Assembly: GCA_002256025.1 (NCBI GenBank)
Contig: NKIB01012688.1
Location: forward strand, 1-64,000
DNA: 64,000 bases
From: Asterionella formosa
Lineage: Eukaryota
Direction of reading: 5' to 3'
This document shows positions 36,270 to 48,658 of this stretch, in pieces. Position 1 is the first letter of the stretch. Every line of letters starts with the position of its first letter. Both the position numbers and the translations under genes were made by a program. The notes below the pieces were generated by a model. That model was not told where the DNA came from. It saw only the letters and a list, made by a program, of their open reading frames with translations, and ran no database searches.

Positions 36270-38805
36270 GACTTGATTATCTATGAATTGTAAAAACCGA
36301 ATGCAGAACAATGTTAGTAGAAGTGGGAAACAGAAAAAATAAGGGCCATTGAATGATCATGACCTAAAAAGTTCAGAAAACATCATATGCACATCACGTC
36401 GATTCGCCAATCAAAATGCTTGGAATAAAACGTAGTCATATTTTTAGGGCGACGTACCCGGAAAATTGAAGTCAGTAGGCACACATCAGCACAGAGACGA
36501 AAAAAATAGAAGACAAATAGACAAAGAAGAAATTAGCAAGGAAAACAGTCTGACAATCCGTCCGCAGTTGAAGGAAAGCTATTGAGGAAGTAGATACCAA
36601 AGGCGTGCATTTCTACACAACATGAATGATGTCGCCTCTCGCGAGAATCGTCATCCATTGTACATATACGTATATCATCAATATTTCTGGTACAATGGTA
36701 TCCCTTATCCTTGACAGGGAATAGTGGGAAAAGCAATTCTGGCACCAGTACGCGAGATACCATTTCTAGAGTAGAAAAAACCATCACGAGAATCAAAAAT
36801 CACGACCGAAGTTGACCACGGTGTTGACCTGAAAGCCAATACAAAGGAATCGAACAACGAAAACATCAAAGCAGTTTCGGTTCATTCACAACAATCGCGA
36901 AAGCAAATGAATTCATGATTAAAAGTGAAGAGAAGTCAACGCACCTTGGTCTGTCATTGTAATTTGAAGCAACGAAAACAAAGTTGAGATAATTTGCAAC
37001 AAGAAATAAAATGTGCTACAACTGCATTGGCGCGAACTTTTGCATGATGAAGGCGAGTCACATTTCTCATGTAGATTTCTACAGGCGACGTCAGAGGCAC
37101 ATCAACTGAAATGACAAGAAACTCGTGCAAAATGCACGCAAGTACGAGGTGCGTACCAGTAGTTTTGAAGGGATGATTTCTTGATCAGGGACGCAATATT
37201 ATTGCACGAACGAGATCTCACCATTATAATCATCATGCCTCCCTCGTGGAATGTATTCGATACATGGCTCACAACGGGGAGGGAAATTGGAGAGGGATTG
37301 CAGAGCGTATTTCAATGATTCGTTTCAATTATTCGCACGAAATCTCAATGGTTGTATAGTATAGGGAGGGGGTCGAGAACAACCGCGAGTTGTCAAACTG
37401 CATTCATTGTCGACTAAAGTTTGAAGTCATTGAGTTGGTGTTGAGCCTGAAATGAGCCATCCGTACGAATGTTCATCAAGTAGCAAGGAAAAAGTAAAGA
37501 AATCGTCAACATACCTGCATGTAACATGGTCTTTTGGGTGAAATTCTGTTGGGAAAGAGTGATGAGAAAGGTCTACCTCTGTATACAGGGTATAGGAATT
37601 ATATTTTTTATTTTTCGTGCGGACAACTGTCATACACGATCAGTATACGGGTACCCCGGTATGTTTTCCCGCTTCAAAAGCATACCAGCCGACGAGTTTC
37701 CATGATGACCACTTAGCGGTCTACCAGTACAGAAGTAGAAGGTACAAGCACCGGTACTGGTAGTCTCCTCGGAGAGTAGCCGCCACTGTAAGTAATTAGT
37801 ACGACTGGACATCGTACTACCGATACCTACTACCGGTACCTAGTACCGGTAGACGAACAGTACATATGAGTATTTAGGCTGTACAGCATGTGTGAAGGGA
37901 GAAATGCAGTGTTGGCAGCAGTCATGTCATACTTCATTACTTAGACTTACTATCTTCATAATCTACCAATAACCTTGCTCAAGAGACTTCATCCCCCCTC
38001 TCGAGGATGACGTACTCTAGTTTTTGATGTTTGTTTTCCCAAAAGTTACCCGCTGTTCTCCGATCGATCAACATTGGCAAGTACGTACCGATAAATATAT
38101 CTTTATGTCGCACTGTACATACTGATTTTTATGTAAGTACTTACCATAAGCAAAAGGATGGTGTCAGATACCTTCACGTGCCCCTCTACATACGAAACTC
38201 AAAGATACTGGTAGCTAGCTATAAATGATTTTGAAGAAAATAGCTGTGTAAACAATACATTACATGTACACCTGGTACAAGGGAGTACCAGGTACCGGTA
38301 CCTGGTACCGGGGTTGTAGGTATGGTATCCTGCTACGTACATCGCAGTCCAGGAGGTTACTATAAAAACCAGCACTTGGTGGTCCCTTTCTTTAAAACCC
38401 TACACAAAGCAAATTGTGACACTAATAGCTAGGATACAGTCAACCTACTCGCACCACCCCTGCCTTGCAAACATCATTAATTCTTACCAGTCCCAGACAA
38501 AAACTGTGCTTACATACCACTAGTATGAACTGCTTAGGAAAATATTTAATGGGGTAATTTCACATTTTGTATGACACCAGACCCTTTTTCAACTTAAGCA
38601 ATATGACAATATTTACTATGAACAAGTCATTTGTTTCATGCATGTACAGATAGGATATCTTAATGCCTGATCAATGTTCTGTTCTACTACTAGTTGATGA
38701 GATAAACAACTCCGTAAATGTTGAGTGAGGCACATCGGAAGAAATTAAATGACCTTGTTGGGCCAACATTCTATCTTCATACACAATATTAGTTCTCATC
38801 TAATA

Positions 38806-38880
38806 GGGAATTGCTTAGTGGTTTAGCACACCATTGCCTTTGATCTGAGGAGGTTGTGAGGTTCAATTCCCGCTTTTTTT
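38806..38880 (+). pseudogene. tRNA-derived relic (pseudo-tRNA or SINE head)
   Basis: A-box-like TAGTGGTTTAGC, B-box-like GGTTCAATTCCC, followed by T7; acceptor and anticodon stems do not pair convincingly. Confidence 0.45.
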
Positions 38881-39479
38881 GAAAAGCTAATGTTCGGTTT
38901 GACTCCCAGCCATGAACAGCCCAGTCAGGCAGAGTTAGAAAACGATGTCACCCTCTGGAGATCATCCAACATACGTGGTAATGTCCAATGCTGAGGAAAA
39001 GGATGAACTGTACCGGTAGTTGAGTAGATAAAGCTTTTATTGGCTATTGTTTCTACTATTACCTAGCATATTAGCTTGTTTCTAGACTAGCAACAACGAC
39101 ATCATAATTAGCTATCATCCTGGATGAGATTTGCTCTTGTAAACAAATGCAAGCAATTCACATGGTGAATACCATGGTGAGTCAGAGGTTCAGGCACCAT
39201 AACCGGGGACAAGACAGCCTGTTAAGTTAGTCAGCTATCAGACAAAGAGGAAAGACTAAAATAATCGCCTCTCTAAACAAAAAGCTATATGACGTTTCTG
39301 GATGCCACATAACAATAAGGAGCTATATACTTAATAATTCAAGCCTTTATTCACAACCTACGTGGCGCTAGCAAGACATGATGAATATATTATCATATGA
39401 CACCAATAAGGTATGTTTGATGATTTGTAGTGATGTCAGAACAGGAGCTGTAGGTACCAAGCCAGGTTGACTTAAATGT

Positions 39480-40200
39480 GCATCATCCAAGGAGTTGGGT
39501 CAACTGTTGCAGCACCAATGTCAACCAAGCTGCAGGGTAAGCTGGCGGCAATAGCACCGTTGGTTAGGAAGTTGTTGGCCAAGGTGTGGGATCAGCTGTT
39601 GGGAAACAAGTTTGTTTTGATCTTTGGCCAAGGGGTGGAATTGCTCAGCTGTTGTTTGCATTTGTGTCAATTCTAACTTCAGCCAAGGCATGATAGGCTG
39701 ACCTGTTGTTCTAGACATCAACGCCTGTGGTGTGGGACCAGCTATTGGCATCAATCATATAGGTTTTGATGTCAGCCATGGAGGAGCTGAACTGATGGTA
39801 AGAGCTATCAATAGGCAGACAAGGCTCAGCTGTTGGTCTATATATTGTCCATGGTGTGGGATCAGCTGTTGGAATCAACAATCAATCATGTTGGTTTTGA
39901 CATCAGCCAGTGGGGAAGGTGGGATGAACTACTGCTGATGGTCTTCATGTCAATAGGAATTGTTGGCTTAGTTGTTGGTCAATTTGTTGGCCAAGGTGTG
40001 GGATCAGCTGTTGGCATCGTTCATGTCGGTTCAACACCAGACATGTAGGGGGTAGGGAAGGGGGGGGGGCTGAATTCCTTTCACCTGTTCACCTGGTGAT
40101 GGACTAGATGTCAATACAAGGGATTGGATGGCTCAGCTGTTGGTTTTGATGGGTTACTATGATCAGCCATGGTGATGGAGGGGCTGAACTGTTGGTCTTA
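39480..40200 (-). repeat. Degenerate repeat array, relic of Pro/Thr-repeat coding sequence
   Basis: GGTGTGGGATCAGCTGTTGG and variants recur several times; minus strand reads PTADPTPWPT, interrupted by stops. Confidence 0.55.
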
Positions 40201-40344
40201 TTGTCAAAAAGGCCTGGGCCGACCTGCTCATCAAAATGCACTAACTTGGATGTACCAATTGGGAGTACAGTAAATATAGGTGACATCACTGAATATGTCA
40301 TCGTAACCTTTATGAAGACATCATCTACGCCCCAGAAGTTGGAA

Positions 40345-40520
40345 ATGCTTGATACCAATTTGGTTCCAAATTGGTAGCAATTGCTACCAATTGGGGAACA
40401 TTCGGCTCGATTTGGCGCCAAATTGGGGCGGGCAGAAGTTCCCCCGGACAAGCACACAAACTTCTGCGACGTCTCAAATGTTTAGCCCAATTCAGCTTTC
40501 CAAATTGGGTACTTTTCGGC
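40345..40520. repeat. CCAAATTGG-rich dispersed repeat, related to 4550-4680 and 7080-7350
   Basis: GATACCAATTTGGTTCCAAATTGGTAG; its end is the reverse complement of the AAGTACCCAATT.GGA motif at ~4553. Confidence 0.65.
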
Positions 40521-40700
40521 TGCCGTGTAGTAAACATCATTACTTTTGTCGTAATAAACTCTTGCCGCACAACTTTCATCTTTTAGCACCTCACGAGGAG
40601 CAACTGGAACGTTGACAACACAGGAGCATCTGTTTTCTTACAATCGCTGTCGCGTCATTAGCATCAAAGAGCACAGTGACCAAGATCAGCCATCAATTCA

Positions 40701-41593
40701 ATGTCAAATAATCTCGACTATAAACAGGCAGCCAATGTTGAACGGCGCACATGGGATCGAGAGACGTATGAAGCGAAAGTACATTCCCGAGAGCAAGCAG
40801 AACAACAGGTTGGACAATCACTTGACAAAGGCCAATCAAAGGCTAGAAAAAAGCGCAATCTGTTGGATGAGGATGAGGCACTGGAAGAAGAGTTCATCCC
40901 TGCTGCTGCCGGATCTGCTGGTCCAGAAAAGTCTGAGCGAGCTTTTCTAAAGGCACGACAAAGGAAGGTTGATATCGACTCGAAAGTTGGGATGACTTCA
41001 ATAGTATCTGCCGAATCTTCTGCGACATCGGCAGTGGGGGAAGTCAAGGTGAGTCTAGATCAATTTTCCTGAGTATGTCTCGAGTGAAGCGAAAGTTCTC
41101 TATTGGCAATAAATCATCGCGAAGTTGAGGACAATTGCAGAATGTTGACTAATATGAATATTTCCTTCCAAAGGGTGGCGTGACAAAGACTGGAGTTGGT
41201 TGGCATTGTAAAGTATGCGATTGCTTTCTGAAAGATTCGCACACATATCTCGATCACATCAACGGACGAAAACATCAAAGAAATCTAGGTTATTCGATGC
41301 GAATTGAGCAGAACACAAAAGATCAAGTTCAAGCGATGCTTGCAGAGCTTACTAAACAGAACGAAATCAAAAATGTGTCGTCAGTTGATATGGAAACAAA
41401 TTTCGAAGATGCCTTAAGGACTAGGGACGAAGAAGCAATCCAAAGAAAGGAAGAGCGATCTCGAAAGCGAGAGGAGCGAAAGAAGAAGATTCATGAAGTG
41501 GACGATGATGAGGATGATGTAGAACCAGAAATTGATCCCGCTATGGCTGCAATGATGGGATTCTCTGGTTTTGGGGGATGCAATAAGAAATGA
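40701..41593 (+). CDS. ZMAT2: Spliceosomal zinc-finger protein ZMAT2/Snu23; intron 41049-41173
   Basis: RRTWDRETYE, FLKARQRKVDIDSKVG, GWHCKVCDCFLKDSHTYLDHINGRKHQRNLGYSM, MAAMMGFSGFG. Confidence 0.95.
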
Positions 41594-41911
41594 CGTCAAC
41601 TTCTGGATACCTCTGGATTTCATCATAGTTGATGACGAAAGCAGCTTGCTTGGGTCCTTGACATTGAGATCGCCCATTCTGAGACACTTAGCTATGATGA
41701 CTTGGGTCGAACCATGTCCAAAACAGGCGTATCAATGATGAAACTAGCGTAGACGGTAGAATTACAAACAGATCTAGCAAACTCCAGATAAGGGAAACTT
41801 TTCTCGAGGTTCAGCGAGAAATGCGATTCTTAACGATTCAATGCTGCATTCGTCGTTTTGTCCCTCAACATGTTCACTGTTAGGTTTTGAGTCCAACGCT
41901 TTTCTTTGTAA

Positions 41912-42673
41912 TTATTTTTCTAGATAGTTCGACTCATTGACAATGAGGGGTTTCCATTTCTTTCTCTTATCGTCCCTTGAATATAGAGTAAAAGAGGCAT
42001 AGGTCGCTTCGCCATGAACCCACCAATCGTTTCCCGTCACTTGCTCGTACAAGTGCGTGACGGGGCCACCATGAGAGACAAACAAAATCGTTTCCCCTAC
42101 ATGCTGTCTGGATAGAACATCCATGACGCTGTACATCCGATCTCGTTGATTTTGAGCAGATTCAAAATTTCCCCAAGAATAATGTGAGGGAATTTTTGAC
42201 TGCGATTCATATTCTTCATCCATTCCATCTATAGGATTCTTTTCCCAGTCCAGAAGGGATAGAACTGATCGCTTTGCAGGCTCTTTGATGGTGTCCAAAT
42301 CTAAAGCTGAAACTCCTCGGAAGCCCCATGTTCCGTTTGAGTTAGGCAAAGCCCAGGATCGATACCAGTTTTCATTCAAAGATTCGGCCAAACCTTGTTC
42401 AACTCGAACCTTAATCTGGCTCGATGAGGACGCAGCGGCTACCGCTGTCTGTCGACATCTAAGGAATGGGGATGAGTACACTGCAGTTAGTGGAGGCAAC
42501 CCCTTCTCGCTTAACACCTGTTGAATCTTGAGTCCCAATTTCCGACCTTGTTCATGTCCTTTGTCGCTCAGAGGAGGGTCCCAAGGTCGTTCCGCAGTTG
42601 CAACCCAATTTGTTCCAGAGAGGATGCAGTTATAGTCGTGACGCTCGGCATGGCGAGCAACAACGACCGCCAT
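41912..42673 (-). CDS. Histidine phosphatase / phosphoglycerate mutase family protein
   Basis: VVARHAER, DPPLSDKG, YSSPFLRCRQTA, EQGLAE, LFVSHGG. Confidence 0.9.
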   Translation of the reverse strand: MAVVVARHAERHDYNCILSGTNWVATAERPWDPPLSDKGHEQGRKLGLKIQQVLSEKGLPPLTAVYSSPFLRCRQTAVAAASSSSQIKVRVEQGLAESLNENWYRSWALPNSNGTWGFRGVSALDLDTIKEPAKRSVLSLLDWEKNPIDGMDEEYESQSKIPSHYSWGNFESAQNQRDRMYSVMDVLSRQHVGETILFVSHGGPVTHLYEQVTGNDWWVHGEATYASFTLYSRDDKRKKWKPLIVNESNYLEK

Positions 42674-44996
42674 GGTAAAGCAAGGGTAAGAATCAGTTCG
42701 GAATAACACGGTACCAGGTGCGAACAATGCATGATATTCAGTGATGATGAAATTTGTCGATCAACATTGTCAAGAAAATCATGGCAAGCAAAAGATTTGA
42801 AAACTATCGTCACTTTGATTGGTGGATTAATCTCTATATAGCACCCACCACAGCACTAGATATATTATCCAAGTCAGGGTAACTGCCTGGTACGGTACCT
42901 GATACCATTTTTAGGTGGGAAAAGGTACTGGTAAATAGATTCTAGATACGTCAGCGTCAAAACGCACAGACGAGAGTTGAATCTCCGGGGTGTCAGTACA
43001 CATGACACCCCCACCATGCGAGGATCGATTTGCGCAGCTACCGCTTTGCCTAGGACTGCCTCTTCTGCTCAACCTTGGAATAAGGAAAAGTTTGGGTCTA
43101 GCAGTAGGATAACGAGTCTTGGTGTAAAGGCAAATTTACTATGAATTTCCGTCTGCACCAAAGTGACTCATGCTGTCCATAGACTAGATGTCCGCTGGGT
43201 GGGTGTGGTTTTATGCTCCCGAAAAAGGCTGTTTCAGATCAAACAACAGAGTTTTGTCTTTCTGTGATTGAGTGAGCTTGCTTTCGAAGTCAGCCCTGCT
43301 CCAACCGGATAGCTTTCAATGTCAGAAGATTTGAACAAAACAATGGTGAGTTTATTCTTTTCAATTGCTGGGGTACTATATTTCAGTCGTAGTCAGCAAA
43401 ATTTAGTAAATATTAGTGAAATTCTAGTCATTATCAGCAAGTTCTGATGTAAGCATGATCATGCATCGTTTAAAGATTGCGCATCTCGAAATTAGATGAA
43501 AGCTAAATATATTTAGGAACAACAAGCCGATCAGCTTGGTTTATTAAGCGGAGCAATGTCAAGAAGAGACACATGTATAAATTTGGAATTCGAATCAGTA
43601 TTGCCAGTACAAAGTTTTTCATAGTAGAAAGAAAGACATGGCGCAGAATTTTGTTCCAAAGAAAAAGCAAAATGTATCAGTTTGGTCCTGAATCATCGAA
43701 GAGGTCATATTTCTAACCTCAATACATTTTCAAGGCCAACGAATGTATTGACAGCAAGACATCTACAATTAGCATATGGAACCCACCTTCAATGCTTGGT
43801 GCAGTTTTCAGGAAGAGATTTTGGGTCCCCTCTGAAGCCTTCAGTTGCCTCTGCAGGAAATATTCAAGTGCAGCTGATACCAGGCTCAAGAGTGACAATA
43901 TGGTACCAAAGTCTTACGATTGTTGCATCCTTTTTGTCTTAACATCAATGTACCTATCGACTCACTTGAGGAACTCACTGGAATCAGCAGAGAAAACCGG
44001 ATTTTCTTTCATGAATTTGGTGAGTCAATGAGCCTGAAAAAGAGCAAATAGGTACTAGTGAATCAGTTGATTCCATTAAACACATTCAAGACCACTATGG
44101 CACTCTTGGATTCCCTGGTTGCATTGGATCTATTCTTGATTGTATTCATTTTTTGGAATTGTTGTCCTGCTGGACTACTCTCCATTCAATGCAATGGAAA
44201 GGAGAAGGCAACAATGCTTGCCTTTCAACTCATACTAGTTTCACATACAAAGAAACTTCAATCTCTTTCAAATGTCCATTTCGGTTAAAGCAATGACATG
44301 CATTGCAGTTTTGCCAAATCTAGCGTTTCACCACTCATCAACTGATAGTCTGGTTGCCACCGATTGATAAACTGAGACTTCAGGCCCCTGAACACAGCCC
44401 AAATAGTTAATCCTTGCGGCATAATCAAAGTGGTGAAGTTTGCGTAAAGGCATTGCCAAAAGCGACAAAATGATCAACATTTACTAGCTATTGTCAGTTT
44501 AACCATCTGATAGAATTCTGGTGTGGTGAGGATCAGTTTTTTCCAAATAATTTCTAACAACTCCCAAAATGGAATTCCTTTGTGGTAGGAAATGCCTTTT
44601 TGGTGTAAGAGAATCGCTGCTGGGTTGTTCAAATTCCTCCTCTGGAATTCATGAGAATTCACATGCATTGTCTTCAATCCTCACGCTTGTACACATGGGA
44701 CAAAAGTATAGAGCAGTACCATAATTTGTACTAGACTAGTAGAAATTGCCTAATAAGAGTAGACAACAGCTATATCTGAGTGAGTATGGGAGAAAACAAA
44801 GCTTTAGCTTAGTAGTAGTACTCGCCAGTATCAAAGGCAGGCTAAAATTCTAGTTGTGCTTTTGAGGCATGAAAACTCGGACTTGTAGGGAGGGTGGGAT
44901 GGACTAGAAAGAAACGAGTTTGATGAACCCAAAAAAAACAGGACCGCAATGTGATCATTGCAACCTGATATCCATAAATTCAAGAGCGCATGGCAC

Positions 44997-45093
44997 GAAA
45001 GTGGGCACTGGATATGCATAATTTCGAGTGGCCGACCTGAGCTAATAAGAAAGTGGGCACTGGATGTGCATAATTTCGACTGGCCGACCTGAG
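44997..45093. repeat. Tandem duplication, 45-bp core, 52-bp period
   Basis: GAAAGTGGGCACTGGAT(A/G)TGCATAATTTCGA(G/C)TGGCCGACCTGAG twice. Confidence 0.9.
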
Positions 45094-45419
45094 GAGCAAT
45101 TGCTCCAGCAATGCTCGATCACGACTCGGTCGACTTACAGAAGTATGTTCGTCCACCTGTAGTACAGTTGGTTCGAATTGGTCGTCTCGCAATCGAGAAT
45201 TGAAATATTTACCGGGTAGTAAATTTCCCGAGTGCGATTTCCCGACCGGGAAGCAAGGGCCTCTTGTCGAGCAAGTACCTTCCATTTCCTCACGTTTCTC
45301 TAGAATTTATCGACAATCGTTGTATGAATCATTCTTCGTTTCATCAAGACAAACGAGTTGGTCATCATCACAAAACGGGAAACACCAATCATTGATAATA
45401 GCCCCTAGCGCGCAACATC

Positions 45420-46738
45420 ATGGCTGATCACGATGAAGTAGACGGCGTTTACACCGACTTGCTCGGCTTTCTCAAGTCAGATAGAACTGACGTTCGAGTT
45501 TCGGCAATCAATGCTGTCTTAGCTGTCAAAGATTGGTAAGCAATATTGCAACTCACATATCAGGATAGTGTATCGATCATACGATGCACTCACACTTCAC
45601 TCGCAGGGATGGAATGGCAAAACTTATTCATCATGGGGTTGTGGTTCCCTTGACGAAGTCTTGTTCCTTCCCTGACCCTGTCGGTGTTCGTGCGTTGCAA
45701 GCACTGGTCCATCTCAGTTCTGTGGGTCCCAGCTCGTCCCAATGTGTCGAAGACTTGATCAACGCTGGGGCGATGGGTAGAATGACAGAGATTTGTTTGT
45801 CCAGGAAAGATCCAGAAAGCAAGTCATGGAATCGTAGAGTTAATTTCGCCATGGCATTATTGGTCAATATGACCAGAACGGAACGAGGAGCTGTTGAGTT
45901 AGTTGGGCTGTCACTTCCGGAAGCTGCTGTTTCATCTCCGGGTGAAGGAGAAAATCTTCCCACAAAACCTACTCTGGAAATTTTATTGGCCAGGTTCTTG
46001 TCGGCCCACTATGTTAGTGAATTCGACTATAGCGGCCATGATCACGATAATTCTGCTGCTCTGGACAGCAGTGATCACGATCCGTATCAACATTTTGCTG
46101 CAGTGTTAATGAACTCGACTCAGACTGAAGCTGGCCAACGATTTGTCATGCGAATTCATAACAGAAAGGACACTTCTACTTCCGTGTTGCAAGCTATTTT
46201 GGCAGAGTTGAGGTCACAAAATACTGTTCGACGACGAGGAATCGCGGGAACGCTCAAGAACTGCTGTTTGGACAAGCATGCTGGGTGGTGGCTACTAAAT
46301 GAAGTTGGCATTATCAAGCATATACTTTACCCATTGGCAGGACCCGAAGAATTAGACGTTGAAGAAAAGCGAGGTCTCGATCCTGATTTGTGGTTGGAAG
46401 GACCTGACAAAATACGGGAACCAGATCATTTAACTAGGCTGTATTGCGTTGAATCTGTCCTGTTGTTGTGTGCATCAGGGAGAGCGTCGAGAAAGACTTT
46501 ACGACTGAATCGTGTCTACGTTATCCTCAAATGGGCGGACATGGTGGAGGAACAGGAGGACGTTTCTGAAAGAATTGAGGAATGTGTGCAATTCCTTCGA
46601 CGCGATGAGGAAGGAACGTATGAAGGAAGCAGTGATAATGTGGTCGAAGATGTTTTGAGAGGGAATCTACAGGCGCTGCCAGCGTCCTCCAGTGCAGCAC
46701 GAGTTTCAAGCAAGGAGGACTTTGATGATGTAGACTGA
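45420..46738 (+). CDS. HGH1: HGH1 (FAM203) eEF2 chaperone; intron 45536-45606
   Basis: Exon 1 MADHDEVDGVYTDLLGFLKSDRTDVR; LLVNMTR, AVLMNSTQTEAGQRF, RRRGIAGTLKNCC, ILYPLAGPEELD, IREPD, VYVILK. Confidence 0.88.
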
Positions 46739-46765
46739 AATCTATTAATATTTCCCCCTTCCATT

Positions 46766-48658
46766 CTATTTAACCAATCTGCCTCCTGATTGCAGATCGG
46801 CGCTGAGAATATCTTGCAACACCTTCTTCTCTTCCAGTCGAAATCGTATAGCATTTATCGCGTGCACAGGATTCATGCCGTAGGGGATTTCTCCCTTTTC
46901 AAACCGTTCTAGTAGCGACACGTCTTCTTCAAGGGTAGTCTCACAAGAGGCTAGCACCTTTTCGGCAATTTGTTTGACCATGACAAGGGTTGCTTCCACA
47001 GCGCCCGGGTATACGGCACAGCTCTCGTCGATGTACTGAGTCATGAATTTACCTTGTGCTCTCTGGCATTCCACCAACTGATTTGGAAGATTTTCTAGAC
47101 CAAGTACCCCAAAATAAGCCAATCCGAATCGCTGGTCACCCAGCCCAAACGATCCATCTCTGTTGAGACACATGGTTTTGATGTTTTCAAGTTTGAGCTG
47201 GGCCAAGAGAGCTTTTGTCTCTTCCATGGTCGGCGTTGGAACTTCAACAACAGCACAATGTTGAGGATTATCAATCGGCACGAACCCGAACTTAGTTATA
47301 TACAATGAATTCTCCAAAGTTCCATATTCTTCTACATATTGAACCCCGGAATAAAAGTCTCGATCAGCGCGGACTACAATCTCCCCATTAATTACCTTGT
47401 GATACTTTTGAAATCCAACGTCGAACATATTCACGCCCTCCACGTTGTGATAGTCGATGGATGATGTTTGACGAGCCATGTGATTGACCATATCCGCAAC
47501 GGGTGAAATGAATTTGATGTTGCGAAGAATGAAAGCCCGACTCCCAACGATTGCAGTGAAGTGATGAAATTTTTCGTACGTTAAGCACTTTGGATCTGGA
47601 TTGTCTGTAGCAGCTTTGAGGAGCACGGTCCAGGAGTCCTTCTCGTGAAGTTCCTGCCACACGAACTCCATACTAGCCTTAGAGGCACGAGAATGCTCAG
47701 AAAGGTCTGAATCTTGCAAAAGTTTCATTTCCTCCTCACTGAAGTAGTCCATTCTAGGTACATATTCAGGAAGCATCTGGAGGTATGGATACCAAAACGA
47801 TTCTTCGCCCATTGCACATTCAATCATGAGCTGTAAGGCAATGATGATATCTTGTTGATCAAACTTACTCCTCACGATATTTTTCACAGTTTCCTTCGTC
47901 AGCGTCATCATTTCCGCAGAAGTTTTATTCCAACCCGATATGATAGCTCTAGGATTCAGTTGCAGCATTTCAGGGATCCTAAACACTTCATCATTCTCTC
48001 GTATAACCACGCCGTCGTATTCCTCGTCGCTAGAGAAAGCTTGAAGTCCATTGCCGATGGGGAATTTTTTTAACTTGAGATTTTCTGAAATCCATCCACC
48101 ATTCTCTTTGAACCAAGTCATGAGAGCTTCTTCACCGATCTTTCCCTTCCATGTGTGGTCGGTTTTCATCAGTCGCACTGTCTCCGGGGTGGGGTTTTCC
48201 ACAACCTTGTCCTCGATCGGTGAGTTTAAATCAATTTCATCTTCTTCATTGATTAATCCTATATCTGGAGCATATTCAGAATCTAAGTCGAAAATACCTT
48301 CAGAAAGGTTCTCAACATTGGCAGACTTTGGGTTGCTGTTTGGCAGTTGTTCTCGATTGATAGGTTCGCCATCAACCAACGGATGCTTAATAAGCTCCTT
48401 TTCCACCACGCGAGAAATAGATCCTGAAATCTTAACTCCCAAAGATGCAATCAAATCTGTCGTATATCTCGAAACGGTTAAATCCTGAGCGACAGCAAGG
48501 GAAACAAATAAGGCGAGCACGAGGCCAAAAGTACTCCAGTTAAACCCGGTTGCATTCGCTATTTTTGTTTCGGCAATGACCTCGTCAAAGTTGATATCGT
48601 CATTCTTCTCCTTACTCCTGGAATTCCTTGAGGACTTGGTTGACTTCGGTTTTGCCAT
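46766..48658 (-). CDS. SET-domain lysine methyltransferase (Rubisco LSMT/SETD3-like) with N-terminal membrane anchor
   Basis: WFKENGG, GNGLQA, SFWYPYLQMLP, VGSRAF, PVADMVNH, EYGTLENSLYITKFGFV, TTLEEDVSLL, AIRFRLEEKKVL; hydrophobic FGLVLALFVSLAVA. Confidence 0.85.
   Translation of the reverse strand: MAKPKSTKSSRNSRSKEKNDDINFDEVIAETKIANATGFNWSTFGLVLALFVSLAVAQDLTVSRYTTDLIASLGVKISGSISRVVEKELIKHPLVDGEPINREQLPNSNPKSANVENLSEGIFDLDSEYAPDIGLINEEDEIDLNSPIEDKVVENPTPETVRLMKTDHTWKGKIGEEALMTWFKENGGWISENLKLKKFPIGNGLQAFSSDEEYDGVVIRENDEVFRIPEMLQLNPRAIISGWNKTSAEMMTLTKETVKNIVRSKFDQQDIIIALQLMIECAMGEESFWYPYLQMLPEYVPRMDYFSEEEMKLLQDSDLSEHSRASKASMEFVWQELHEKDSWTVLLKAATDNPDPKCLTYEKFHHFTAIVGSRAFILRNIKFISPVADMVNHMARQTSSIDYHNVEGVNMFDVGFQKYHKVINGEIVVRADRDFYSGVQYVEEYGTLENSLYITKFGFVPIDNPQHCAVVEVPTPTMEETKALLAQLKLENIKTMCLNRDGSFGLGDQRFGLAYFGVLGLENLPNQLVECQRAQGKFMTQYIDESCAVYPGAVEATLVMVKQIAEKVLASCETTLEEDVSLLERFEKGEIPYGMNPVHAINAIRFRLEEKKVLQDILSADLQSGGRLVK

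Noticed and set aside
42950..44700. Possible TE or pseudogene relic
   Set aside because: No identifiable motif or termini in any frame by eye
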